NCBI GenBank assembly: GCA_016195325.1
Contig: JACPZX010000067.1
Coordinates: 15,559 to 79,558, forward strand
Length of the DNA: 64,000 nucleotides
Source of the DNA: Acidobacteriota bacterium
GTDB taxonomy: Bacteria; Acidobacteriota; Polarisedimenticolia; JACPZX01
Direction: 5' to 3'
Numbering within the stretch: the stretch's first letter is position 1; each line of letters opens with the position of its first letter. Of this stretch, positions 38,608-48,168 are shown piece after piece. The translations under genes were made by a program, and so were the position numbers. The notes beneath the pieces are model-generated. The model was not told the DNA's origin, did not search any database, and saw only the letters and a program-made list of their open reading frames with translations.

Positions 38608-39471
38608 ATGAGCCCGAATTCGATGACGCGTCATGGGCCGTTCACGACCCGCATCACCGCCAGCACGGCCCCCCCGGCGACTCTCCTCGTCCGCGCCGTC
38701 GTGGGCGCGGTGTTTCTCCTCGAGGGGATACTGAAATTCATCAACCCCCAGGAGCTGGGCGTCGGGCGGTTCGTCAAGATTGGAATTCCGTTCCCTTCCT
38801 TCTTCGCTCCCTTCGACGGGGTGTTCGAGATCGCGTGCGGGGTCCTCCTGATCCTGGGGCTGATGACGCGCCTCGGCGCAATCTCGATGATCGTCAACAT
38901 GATCGTCGCCATCACCTCGACGAAGATCCCCATGCTCCTCCACGACGGCTTCTTCAAGGCGGCCCACGAGGCGCGTCTTGACGTCTCGATGCTCCTCGCC
39001 TGTATCTTCCTTCTTCGGGTCGGGGCCGGCCCCCTCTCTCTCGACTCCCTCTTCGCCCGCGAGGAGATCGAAGCTCCGTCTCTCGCGAGGCGCTTCGTGC
39101 TCGGCAAGACGGTTGTGTCGATCCTCGCGGCCGGCCTGGTGATCGCGGGCGCTTCCGGTCGAGCCCTCGCCGCGGACACTGCCTCGCAGGGCGGGGCACG
39201 GACGGTCGAGGTCCGGCTGACCGAGTACCGGATCGAGATGCCGCTCGAGTGGAGCGCCGGCCGGACGCTGTTCAAGGTGACCAACGCCGGCACGATGCTC
39301 CATCGCTTCGAGATCGAGGGGAAGGGGATCGAGGAGGAGATCGAGGACGGAGTCGAAGCCGGTCAGTCGACGACCCTGGAGCTCGATCTGAAACCGGGCG
39401 TCTACGAGGTCTACTGCCCGATGCGCGGACACAAGAAGGCCGGCATGTCCCTCAGGGTGAAGGTGACGTAG
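38608..39471 (+). CDS. DoxX-family membrane domain fused to cupredoxin-like domain
   Basis: LVRAVVGAVFLLEGILKF, FEIACG..LGLMTR, GAGPLSLD, then TM and HRFEI...YCPMRGHKKAGM; GGAGG RBS. Confidence 0.85.
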   Translation: MSPNSMTRHGPFTTRITASTAPPATLLVRAVVGAVFLLEGILKFINPQELGVGRFVKIGIPFPSFFAPFDGVFEIACGVLLILGLMTRLGAISMIVNMIVAITSTKIPMLLHDGFFKAAHEARLDVSMLLACIFLLRVGAGPLSLDSLFAREEIEAPSLARRFVLGKTVVSILAAGLVIAGASGRALAADTASQGGARTVEVRLTEYRIEMPLEWSAGRTLFKVTNAGTMLHRFEIEGKGIEEEIEDGVEAGQSTTLELDLKPGVYEVYCPMRGHKKAGMSLRVKVT

Positions 39472-39477
39472 ATCGCT

Positions 39478-41877
39478 TCACTCGTGCCGGATCGCCCCCC
39501 ACGGGTCCACCCGGGCGGCGCGAAGGGCGGGGACGGCGCTCGCGGCGACGGACACCGCGACGAGCCCGACGGCGATGACCGCGAACGTGAGGGGATCCGC
39601 AGCCCCCACGCCGTAGAGTTGCGCTGAGAGGGTCCGCCCGAGCGCCAAACCCCCCGCCGCCCCGATCGCGACGCCGGCCAGCGTGAGCCTCAGCGCGCTT
39701 CCCACGACAAGGCTCACGATCTCGCGCGGCTCGGCGCCGAGCGCCATGCGGATGCCGATCTCCGATCGCCGACGGCTCACCCAGTACGACGTCACGCTGT
39801 AGATCCCGACACCCGCGAGCGCCGCGGCCAGCGCCGCGAAGCCGGCGACGAGCGTGAGGAGATAGCGACGGCCGGCGACCGAACCCGACACGACGTCGTC
39901 CATCGTGCGGAGGCTCGCGATCGGAAGATCGGGGTCGAGTGCGCGAAGGCGCGCGCGCAGCGTCCCGGCCAGCGCGAGCGGCTCCCCCGCCGTCCTCACG
40001 ATCACCGACATCGACGCGATCGCGCGCTGGTTCGACGAGAGGTAGAAGGCCTCGCGCGCCGGGGCGTCGAGCGATTGATCCCGCATCCCCGACACGACGC
40101 CGACGATCTCGAAGAGGGTCGCCCCCTTCCCGAGCACGGCGTGCCGCCCGACCGCCTCGGTCCCGGGGAAGAACCGGCGCGCGAACTCCTCGGTGACGAC
40201 GATCTTGATCGGCGAGGCGCCGTCGTCGGCGCCGGTGAAGACCCGGCCGCGCGTCACGCGGATCCCCAGCGTCCTGAAGAACCCCGGGCTCACCGTGTCG
40301 AAGGAGACGACCGACCGCTCCCCCGGCGGCGGGATCGCCCCGCCGTCCACCGCGATGAGCGTCTGCGCCCCGGTGCCGGCGAGAGGGAGCGCCTCCGCCG
40401 AGCCGACCGAGACGACGCCCGGCAGAGCAGAGACCTCCTGCTCGACGCGCTGGAAGAGGGCGCGGATCTGCGGCGGGCCCGGATACTTCGACGGGGGCAG
40501 GTGGAGCTCCGCGACGAGGATGTGATGGGGATCGAAACCGGGGTCCGTCCGCAGGACGAAGATGAAGCTCCGCACGAGAAGGCCCGCGCCGATCAGAAGG
40601 ACGATCGAGAGGCCCACCTCGGCGACGACGAGCGCGCTCCGGGTCCGGCGCTCGCGATGTCCCCCGGCCGAAGCCGGCCCCGCCTCGCGCAACGAAGCGT
40701 TCAAGTCCGCCTTTGAAGCATGGACAGCCGGCGCGAGGCCGAAGACGATTCCCGTCAGGAGCGAGAGGGCCGTCGCCGCGAGGAGCACCCTGAGATCGAT
40801 CGTCGCCCCCGCGGCGCGCGGGATCTGCGCGGCGGCCCCCGAGGCGAGAAGGGCGAGGGCGCCCCGGGCGAGCGCGACGCCGACGGCCCCCGCCGCGAGG
40901 GCGAGGACGAGGCTCTCCCCGAGGAACATCGCGATGAGGCGTCCGCGGCTCGCGCCGAGCGCGGCGCGGAGCGCGATCTCGCGCCCGCGGGAGGCGGCGA
41001 GCGCCAGGAGGAGGTTCGCGACATTCGCGCACGCAATGGCGAGGACGAAGGCGACCGCCCCCGCGACGAGGAGAAGCGTCGGGCGCGCGGCCGCGGCCTG
41101 GGGCTCGCCCAGAGGGGCGCTCGCGTAGGAGAGGTTGGCGTCGAGCCCCTCGGGTCGCTTGTCCCGATCCGCGAGAAGGTCGAGCTCGGCCTGCGCCTCC
41201 GGGCGCGAAACTCCGGGGCGGAGGCGGGCGAGGACGTCGAGATATCCGGCGCCGCGATCGACGGCGCCCGCGGTCATGAACCCGGGCTCGAAGACGCGCG
41301 GGATCCAGAGGTCGGCCGCCGTCGCGGGATAGCCGATGTCGGCGGGGAGGACGCCGACGACGGTGTGCGGCGTCCCGTTCAGCGAGATCGATCGGCCGAC
41401 GACGCCCGGATCGGATCCGAAGCGCGACTCGAAGAGGGCGTGGCCGAGGAGGACGGCGTCGGGGCCTCCCTTCATCTCCTCCGCGGCGTTGAAGCCGCGG
41501 CCGATCGCAGGCATCACGCCGAGGACGTCAAAGATCCGCTCGGAGACGCGCAGCGCCCGAAGTTGCTCCGGCTCGGCGACCCCGGTGAGGTTGACGGTGT
41601 CGATCGTGGACGCGGCGACGCTTCCGAACGATCGCCCCTGATCGGCGAGGGCGAGGAACCGCTGGTGCGAGAAGGGGACGCGATCCGCGTCCCGCCCGGC
41701 GGAGCCCCCCCAGATCTGGAGGATGCGCGCAGGCTCGGGGTACGGCAGCGGCCGGATGAGGACGGCGTCGACGACGCTGAGGACAGCCGTCCCCGCGCCG
41801 ATCCCCAGTGCGAGCGTCGCGATCGCGAGGGCCGCCGCCCCCGGATGTCGCGAGAGGGCGCGGAGAGACCGGCTCAG
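39478..41877 (-). CDS. ADOP-type duplicated MacB/FtsX ABC permease (orphan), probable CTG start
   Basis: TLALGIGA..VVDAVLIRPLPY, IACANVANLLLA, REIALRAALGA, EIGIRMALGA, PALRAARVDP; frame opens at CTG right after gcvPB TAG. Confidence 0.85.
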   Translation of the reverse strand: MSRSLRALSRHPGAAALAIATLALGIGAGTAVLSVVDAVLIRPLPYPEPARILQIWGGSAGRDADRVPFSHQRFLALADQGRSFGSVAASTIDTVNLTGVAEPEQLRALRVSERIFDVLGVMPAIGRGFNAAEEMKGGPDAVLLGHALFESRFGSDPGVVGRSISLNGTPHTVVGVLPADIGYPATAADLWIPRVFEPGFMTAGAVDRGAGYLDVLARLRPGVSRPEAQAELDLLADRDKRPEGLDANLSYASAPLGEPQAAAARPTLLLVAGAVAFVLAIACANVANLLLALAASRGREIALRAALGASRGRLIAMFLGESLVLALAAGAVGVALARGALALLASGAAAQIPRAAGATIDLRVLLAATALSLLTGIVFGLAPAVHASKADLNASLREAGPASAGGHRERRTRSALVVAEVGLSIVLLIGAGLLVRSFIFVLRTDPGFDPHHILVAELHLPPSKYPGPPQIRALFQRVEQEVSALPGVVSVGSAEALPLAGTGAQTLIAVDGGAIPPPGERSVVSFDTVSPGFFRTLGIRVTRGRVFTGADDGASPIKIVVTEEFARRFFPGTEAVGRHAVLGKGATLFEIVGVVSGMRDQSLDAPAREAFYLSSNQRAIASMSVIVRTAGEPLALAGTLRARLRALDPDLPIASLRTMDDVVSGSVAGRRYLLTLVAGFAALAAALAGVGIYSVTSYWVSRRRSEIGIRMALGAEPREIVSLVVGSALRLTLAGVAIGAAGGLALGRTLSAQLYGVGAADPLTFAVIAVGLVAVSVAASAVPALRAARVDPWGAIRHE

Positions 41878-43368
41878 CTACCCCTCGCGCGTGTACCGGA
41901 GCCGGGGGCGCCTCGCCGCCTCGGCTTCGTCGAGCCGGCCGATCGGCGTCGTGTGCGGCGCCTTCCGCACCATCTCAGGGTCTTCGTCCGCCTCGGCGGC
42001 GATGGAGCGCATGGCGGCGATGAAGGCGTCGATCTCGGCCTTCGACTCCGTCTCCGTCGGCTCGATCATGATCGCGCCGTGCACCACGAGGGGGAAGTAG
42101 ATCGTCGGGGGGTGGAAGCCGTAGTCGAGGAGGCGCTTGGCGACGTCGAGGGTGCGGACCCCCTTCGGCTCGAGAAGCCTGTCGCTGAGGATCGCCTCGT
42201 GGAGCGACGGCGTCTCGAAGGCGACGGGGTAGAGGTCCTTGAGCTTCGCCCGTATGTAGTTCGCGTTGAGGACCGCCCGCTCGGCGACCATGCGGAGGCC
42301 GTCGGGGCCGAGCGATCGGATGTAGGCGAGGGCGCGGACGTGCATGCCGAAGTTCCCGAAGAAGGACGAGACGCGCCCGATCGAGTCGGGGCGATTCTCG
42401 GCGAGGACCAGGCGTCCCGACGACTCCTCGACGAGAGGGGTCGGGAGGTACGGCTCGAGGACCTTCGACACGCCCACCGGCCCGGAGCCGGGCCCGCCGC
42501 CGCCGTGCGGCGTCGAGAAGGTCTTGTGGAGGTTCAGGTGCAGGACGTCGATCCCCATGTCGCCGGGGCGCGCGATGCCGACGAGGGCGTTCATGTTCGC
42601 CCCGTCCATGTAGACGAGGCCCCCCTTCTCGTGGACGGCGGCGACGATCCCCTCGATCTCCTCCTCGAAGATGCCGAGGGTGTTCGGATTCGTGAGCATC
42701 AGCCCGGCCACGTCCTCCGTCATCTTCGCGCGGAGCGCGGCGAGATCGATGCACCCCCTGGGGTTCGTCGGGATCTGCTCGACCTTGTAGCCGGCCATCG
42801 CGGCGCTCGCGGGGTTGGTCCCGTGGGCCGAGTCGGGGACGAGGATCGTCGAGCGCGGGCGGCCGCTCTTCACGTGATGGGCGCGGATCATGAGGATGCC
42901 GACCATCTCGCCGTGCGCGCCGGCCGCCGGCTGGAGCGTGAAGCGGGGCATCCCCGTGATCTGGCGGAGCGACTTCTCGAGCTCCCAGATCACGCGGAGA
43001 CATCCCTGCACCGTCTCGGGATCCTGGAGCGGATGCGCGCGCCCGAGACCCTCCACGCGCGCCAGCTCCTCGTTGATCTTCGGGTTGTACTTCATCGTGC
43101 ACGAGCCGAGCGGGTACAGCCCGAGATCGACGGCGTAGTTCAGGCGCGAGATGCGGACGAAGTGGCGGACGACGTCCACCTCGCTGACCTCGGGCATCCC
43201 GTCGATGGGGCCGCGCCTCACGCTGTCGGGGATCTTCGAGAGATCGGCTTCCGGCACGTCGAGGGGGGGTAGGGAGTGCCCCACCCGCCCGCGCGATCCG
43301 ACCTCGAAGATCGTCGGCTCGTCCCTCAGGACCCCGGCTCTGCGGGGGGCTCTCGGGTCGGCGCTCAC
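41878..43368 (-). CDS. gcvPB: Glycine dehydrogenase subunit 2
   Basis: YPLGSCTMKYNP, QPAAGAHGE, AHGTNPASA, HLNLHKTFSTPHGGGGPG. Confidence 0.96.
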   Translation of the reverse strand: MSADPRAPRRAGVLRDEPTIFEVGSRGRVGHSLPPLDVPEADLSKIPDSVRRGPIDGMPEVSEVDVVRHFVRISRLNYAVDLGLYPLGSCTMKYNPKINEELARVEGLGRAHPLQDPETVQGCLRVIWELEKSLRQITGMPRFTLQPAAGAHGEMVGILMIRAHHVKSGRPRSTILVPDSAHGTNPASAAMAGYKVEQIPTNPRGCIDLAALRAKMTEDVAGLMLTNPNTLGIFEEEIEGIVAAVHEKGGLVYMDGANMNALVGIARPGDMGIDVLHLNLHKTFSTPHGGGGPGSGPVGVSKVLEPYLPTPLVEESSGRLVLAENRPDSIGRVSSFFGNFGMHVRALAYIRSLGPDGLRMVAERAVLNANYIRAKLKDLYPVAFETPSLHEAILSDRLLEPKGVRTLDVAKRLLDYGFHPPTIYFPLVVHGAIMIEPTETESKAEIDAFIAAMRSIAAEADEDPEMVRKAPHTTPIGRLDEAEAARRPRLRYTREG

Positions 43369-44723
43369 AGCGAACCCTCCAGGGCGTCGGCGAGGCGATC
43401 GATCTCCTCGCGCGTGTTCATCTCGGTGACGGCGACGAGCCACGCCCGCTCGAGGCGGGGCTCGGCCGGGCCGTAGAGCCTGCCGAGAGCGAGACCTCCC
43501 ACGATCCCTCGCTTCAGGAGCGCGCGGTTGACCTCCTGCGGGTCGGCCGCCAACTCGACGACGAACTCGTTGAAGAAGGGGGCCGGGAACGGGAGGCGGC
43601 ATCCCTTGATCGACGCGAGGCGCGACGCCGCGTACGAGGCCTTGTGGTGGTTCTGGAGCGCCAATCGGTGAAGCCCGTCGCGGCCGAGAAGGCTCAGGTG
43701 GATCGTCGCGGCGAGGGCGAGGAGACCCTGGTTGGTGCAGATGTTCGACGTCGCGCGCTCGCGCCGGATGTGCTGCTCGCGCGTCGCGAGCGTGAGGACG
43801 AAGCCGCGCCGGCCTTCGGCGTCCCTCGCCTCCCCGACGATGCGCCCCGGAAGCTGCCGCGTGAGGCTCTCGCGCGCGGCGATGAAGCCGAGGTACGGTC
43901 CCCCGAACGAGAGGGGCACGCCGAACGACTGCCCCTCCCCCAGCACGATGTCGGCGCCGAGGGCGCCGGGGCCCCGGAGAAGCCCGAGGCTCACGGGCTC
44001 GGTGACGACGGCGATCGTGAGCGCCCCCGCCCCCTTCGCCGCCGCCGACGCTCCCTCGACGTCCTCGATCGCGCCGAGGAAGTTCGGGCTCTGCACGACG
44101 GCCGCCGCAGCGCCCGAAGACATCGCGGCCGCGAGGGCGGACGGATCGGTGCGGCCGTCCTGGCCGAACGGGACGACGACGAGCTCGATGTCGAGGTTCT
44201 TCGCGTACGTCCGGATCGCCCTGACATAGTGCGGGTGAACGGCCGAGGAGATGACGACGCGAGACTTGCGGGTGACGCGGTGCGCCATGATCACCGCCTC
44301 GGCGAGGGCCGACGCGCCGTCGTACAGCGACGCGTTCGACACGTCGAGCTCGGTGAGAAGGCAGATCAGGCTCTGATACTCGAAGATCGCCTGCAGCGTC
44401 CCCTGGCTGATCTCGGGCTGGTACGGGGTGTACGAGGTGTAGAACTCGGATCGGTTGAGGAGCTGCGGGACGGCGGCCGGGATGTCGTGGTGGTAGGCCC
44501 CCGCGCCGAGAAAGAAGGCGTGCGAGGCGGCCGACGCGTTGCGCTTCGCGTACCCCGCGAACTCGCGGCGCAGCTCGATCTCGCTCGCGGCGGGCGGCAG
44601 ATCGAGAAGGCCGGCCTTGCGGAACTTCGCGGGGATGGTGGTGAAGAGATCGGCGGGCGAGGCGGCCCCGACGGCGTCGAGCATCGACGCGACGTCCGCG
44701 TCTCCCTGGGGGAAGAATCTCAT
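43365..44723 (-). CDS. gcvPA: Glycine dehydrogenase subunit 1
   Basis: FLGAGAY, YTPYQPEISQG, FGGPYLG, REQHIRRERATSNICTNQ. Confidence 0.96.
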   Translation of the reverse strand: MRFFPQGDADVASMLDAVGAASPADLFTTIPAKFRKAGLLDLPPAASEIELRREFAGYAKRNASAASHAFFLGAGAYHHDIPAAVPQLLNRSEFYTSYTPYQPEISQGTLQAIFEYQSLICLLTELDVSNASLYDGASALAEAVIMAHRVTRKSRVVISSAVHPHYVRAIRTYAKNLDIELVVVPFGQDGRTDPSALAAAMSSGAAAAVVQSPNFLGAIEDVEGASAAAKGAGALTIAVVTEPVSLGLLRGPGALGADIVLGEGQSFGVPLSFGGPYLGFIAARESLTRQLPGRIVGEARDAEGRRGFVLTLATREQHIRRERATSNICTNQGLLALAATIHLSLLGRDGLHRLALQNHHKASYAASRLASIKGCRLPFPAPFFNEFVVELAADPQEVNRALLKRGIVGGLALGRLYGPAEPRLERAWLVAVTEMNTREEIDRLADALEGSL

Positions 44724-44724
44724 G

Positions 44725-45111
44725 TCAGTGTTTCTGCCCCGCGAGGAACGCCTGGTAGCCCCTCGCGTCCATCAGGGCGGCAGCCTCCGAGGGTGAGTCC
44801 ATGCGGACCTTGAGGATCCACCCGCGGCCGTAGGGGTCCTCGTTGACGATTTCGGGATGATCCACGAGCGCGCCGTTGACCTCGACGACCTCGCCGGTCA
44901 CGGGCGCGTAGACCTCTGAGACGGCCTTCACCGACTCGATCGTGCCGAACTCGTCCCCGGTCTTGAGCTTCTTCCCGACCTCGGGAAGCTCGACGAAGAC
45001 GACGTCGCCGAGCTCTTTCTGGGCGAAGTGCGTGACGCCGATGGTTCCGGTCGCCTCCTTCACCGAGACCCACTCGTGATCCTTCGTGTAACGCAGGTTG
45101 TCCGGATACAT
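44725..45111 (-). CDS. gcvH: Glycine cleavage H protein
   Basis: YTKDHEW, LGDVVFVELP, ESVKAVS lipoyl Lys, DPYGRGW. Confidence 0.96.
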   Translation of the reverse strand: MYPDNLRYTKDHEWVSVKEATGTIGVTHFAQKELGDVVFVELPEVGKKLKTGDEFGTIESVKAVSEVYAPVTGEVVEVNGALVDHPEIVNEDPYGRGWILKVRMDSPSEAAALMDARGYQAFLAGQKH

Positions 45112-46241
45112 CAGGTGCTCCCTCCCGCGGACTTCGCCGGCCGCTTGTAGTGCGGGGACTTGACCACGCGCGCGCGGGTCGGCTTGCCCCGGATGATGAC
45201 GTCGAACTCGCGCCCCTCCCGGGCGGCCGCCGCGGGGAGGTACGCCATGCCGAGATTCTTCTTGAGGAACGGCGTGAAGGTGCCGCTCGTCACGTGCCCG
45301 GCTTCGGCCCCGTCGACCTGCGCGGGGTAGCCGTGACGGGCGATGCCGCGCTCGACCATCTCGAACGCCACCAGCCGGCGCGCCGCCCCGGACGCCTTCT
45401 GCCGCGCCAGCGCGTCGCGGCCGATGAACTCCCCCTTGTCGAGCTTGAGGATGAAGTTCAGCCCGGCCTCGAGGACGGTTGTCGTGTCGTCGATGTCGTT
45501 CCCGTAGAGCATCAGACACGCCTCGAGCCGCAGGGTGTCCCGCGCGCCGAGGCCGCACGGCGTGAGACCGAAGGGCGCGCCGACCCCCATCAGAGTGCCC
45601 CACAGCTCGGCGGCCCGGCTCGACTCGCAGTACAGCTCGAAGCCGTCCTCGCCGGTGTAGCCGGTGCGGGCGACGAGCGCCGGCACGCCGGCCACGCGGC
45701 TCTCGGCGAAGCTGAAGGCCTTGAGGGCGTGGATGTCCGCCTCGGTGAGGCCGCGGAGGATCGCCTCCGCCTCGGGCCCCTGGATGGCGATCTGCGCGAA
45801 CTCGTCGCTGCGGTTCAAGGCCGTCACCCCCTTCGGCAGGTGAGATTCGACCCAGGCGAAATCCTTCGACGCGTTCGAGGCGTTCACGCAGATGAAGTAC
45901 CGGTCGCGGGCCATGCAGTAGACGATGATGTCGTCGACGAAGGTCCCCTTCTCCGTCGTGAAGGCGCTGTACTGCGCGAGGCCCGGGGCGAGGCGCGCGG
46001 CGTCGTTGCACGTGAGGCGCTGCACCGCGGCGAGGGCCTCGGCCCCGCGGATCTCGATCTCACCCATGTGGCTCACGTCGAAGAGGCCGGCGTGCGTGCG
46101 CACCGCGAGATGCTCCTCGACGACTCCGTGATACTGCACGGGCATGTCCCAGCCGGCGAAATCGACCATCCGCGCGCCGAGAGCCCGGTGCGTCTCGTTG
46201 AGGGGCGTCTTGCGGACGGGGGTGGGGGACGTATCGCTCAG
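45111..46241 (-). CDS. gcvT: Glycine cleavage T protein, probable CTG start
   Basis: RKTPLNETHRALGARMVDFAGWDMPVQY, FDVSHMG, TGYTGEDGFE, GARDTLRLEA; GGGAGG-N5-CTG. Confidence 0.94.
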   Translation of the reverse strand: MSDTSPTPVRKTPLNETHRALGARMVDFAGWDMPVQYHGVVEEHLAVRTHAGLFDVSHMGEIEIRGAEALAAVQRLTCNDAARLAPGLAQYSAFTTEKGTFVDDIIVYCMARDRYFICVNASNASKDFAWVESHLPKGVTALNRSDEFAQIAIQGPEAEAILRGLTEADIHALKAFSFAESRVAGVPALVARTGYTGEDGFELYCESSRAAELWGTLMGVGAPFGLTPCGLGARDTLRLEACLMLYGNDIDDTTTVLEAGLNFILKLDKGEFIGRDALARQKASGAARRLVAFEMVERGIARHGYPAQVDGAEAGHVTSGTFTPFLKKNLGMAYLPAAAAREGREFDVIIRGKPTRARVVKSPHYKRPAKSAGGST

Positions 46242-46412
46242 GGATGCCTCCCGGTGCCGAGGCGCCGGATCGCGCGCGGGCGCACGAAGCGCTTCGACGA
46301 CGGTCTCACGAGTTTGGAGTTCGGCCTGTCGGGACCTTGGAGGTCGCTCTTCAGGCGGATAACGCGCCCAAGGGAATGCAGAACGGACGCTACCACAGCC
46401 GCCGCGAGGCGA

Positions 46413-47222
46413 TCAACCGCCTCCCCCCCGCCCTGAAGCGTAGTGCGCCGCGATCGCCGCGACGAGCGCCGGCACCGTGAACTCCGCCGGCAGGATCGCG
46501 GGGGACACCCCCCGCGCCAGAAGATCGGCGGCGGTGACGGGGCCGATCGCCGCCGCGATCGAGCCCCTGGCCCCCGCGAGATCGCGCGGCGCCAGGGCGT
46601 CGAGGAAGTTCGACACGGTCGACGACGACGTGAAGGTGATGACGAGGCGATCCCCCGCGCGCTGCCTCAGCGCCGCGAGCGCGACGGCCGACGGCTCGCA
46701 GCGCAGCGTCCGGTAGACGGGCACTACGTCGACGCGCCCCCCCTGCGCGCGGAGCGCGTCGGGCAGCACGTCGCGGGCCTTCGTGGCGCGCGCGAGGAGG
46801 AAGCGCTTCCCCGCGACGGTCTCCCCGCGCAGCGCCTCGAGGATCCCCTCGGCATGAAAACTGTCCGGGACGACGCGGACCTCGACCCCTCTCCCCTCGA
46901 GCGCCCGCGCCGTCGCCGGCCCGATCGCCGCGACGCGCGCGCGGGAGAGAACCTCCCACCCCAGGCTCAGCGCCGCCAGGCGACGACCGACCGCGTCGAC
47001 GCCGTTCGCGCTTGTGAAGATCGCCCAATCGTACGCCGCGGCGTCATGGAGCGCCGTGTCGGCGGGGAGCCAGTCGTCGGGGTCGGCGAAGCGAAGGGCC
47101 GGCGAGAGGAGGATTTCTGCGCCGAGGGCCGCGAGGGGCCGGGCCATCTCGTCGGCGGCCTCGCGGGCGCGCGTGACGACGACGGCGACTCCCCGGAGCG
47201 GCCCGTCAGGCGCCGGCGGCAC
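46413..47222 (-). CDS. hemD: Uroporphyrinogen-III synthase
   Basis: VVVTR, IFTSANGV, AIGPAT, VYRT, FTSSSTV. Confidence 0.92.
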   Translation of the reverse strand: MPPAPDGPLRGVAVVVTRAREAADEMARPLAALGAEILLSPALRFADPDDWLPADTALHDAAAYDWAIFTSANGVDAVGRRLAALSLGWEVLSRARVAAIGPATARALEGRGVEVRVVPDSFHAEGILEALRGETVAGKRFLLARATKARDVLPDALRAQGGRVDVVPVYRTLRCEPSAVALAALRQRAGDRLVITFTSSSTVSNFLDALAPRDLAGARGSIAAAIGPVTAADLLARGVSPAILPAEFTVPALVAAIAAHYASGRGGGG

Positions 47223-48168
47223 GTTCCACCGCGGCGAGTATCAGCGAGGCGCCGCGCTCGACGGCCTCGGCCGCGGCCTCGGCGCCGACGCCGGCGGCGT
47301 CCGCGGCGCGCCCGCGGGCCTCCACCCGGATCATCGTCCCGCCGTCCGGATCACAGACGACCCCCGAGATCGAAAGGGCGTCGCCTCTCACCGTGGCGAA
47401 CGCGGCGACGGGAACCTGGCATCCTCCGCCGAGCCTCGCGAGGAAGGCCCGCTCCGCGAGGACGGCGGCCGCGGTGTCTGGGTCGTCGAGAGTCCCGACC
47501 GCGGTCTGGACCCACCCCTCCTCGTCCCGGGTCTCGATCGCGAGCGCCCCCTGCCCGACGGCGGGGAGGCAGATCTCGAGAGGGAGATGGGTGAACCATG
47601 GCTGCATGAGGCCGAGCCGCCGCAGTCCCGCCGCCGCGAGGACGACGGCGTCGACGTCTCCCTCCCGCATCCGGCGGAGCCGGGTGTCGACGTTGCCGCG
47701 GAGCGGAACGTACGAGAGATCGCCGCGCCGATGGCGGAGCTGCGAGACGCGGCGAGGGCTGCCGGTGCCGACCCGCGCCCCCTGCGGCAGCGCATCGAAC
47801 TCGAGGGGCTCCCGCGCGGCGAGCACGTCCCGGGGGTCCTCGCGCGGCGGCACCGCCGCGATGCGGAGCCCACCGGGGATCTCGGTCGGCAGGTCCTTCA
47901 TCGAGTGGACGGCCGCGTCGATGCGCCCGGCGGCAAGCGCCTCCTCGATCTCCTTGACGAAGATCCCCTTCCCCGCCGTCTGCGCCGACGGGGGCGCCGC
48001 CCACTCCTGCTGGCGGTCCCCGGTCGTCCTGATCAAGGTGATCTCGACCTTCAGCCCAGGATTGCGCGAGGCGATCGCGTCGCGCATCATCCCGCTCTGC
48101 CGCAGCGCGAGCGGGCTCCCGCGGCTCCCGATGACGAGCGTGCGGCCGGACGGACTCTCGCCGGCCAT
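47206..48168 (-). CDS. hemC: Porphobilinogen deaminase
   Basis: GSRGSPLAL, GKGIFVKEIE, VHSMKD, RGNVDTR, GGGCQVP. Confidence 0.96.
   Translation of the reverse strand: MAGESPSGRTLVIGSRGSPLALRQSGMMRDAIASRNPGLKVEITLIRTTGDRQQEWAAPPSAQTAGKGIFVKEIEEALAAGRIDAAVHSMKDLPTEIPGGLRIAAVPPREDPRDVLAAREPLEFDALPQGARVGTGSPRRVSQLRHRRGDLSYVPLRGNVDTRLRRMREGDVDAVVLAAAGLRRLGLMQPWFTHLPLEICLPAVGQGALAIETRDEEGWVQTAVGTLDDPDTAAAVLAERAFLARLGGGCQVPVAAFATVRGDALSISGVVCDPDGGTMIRVEARGRAADAAGVGAEAAAEAVERGASLILAAVERAAGA

Noticed and set aside
41875..41883. Pyrrolysine/amber read-through fusing GcvPB to the permease
   Set aside because: GcvPB ends at its normal C-terminus, TAG is a normal stop elsewhere in the window, no pyl genes seen
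46250..46400. Glycine riboswitch or tRNA-Sec upstream of gcvT
   Set aside because: Glycine aptamer motifs absent; no T-loop GTTCG or UCA anticodon arm
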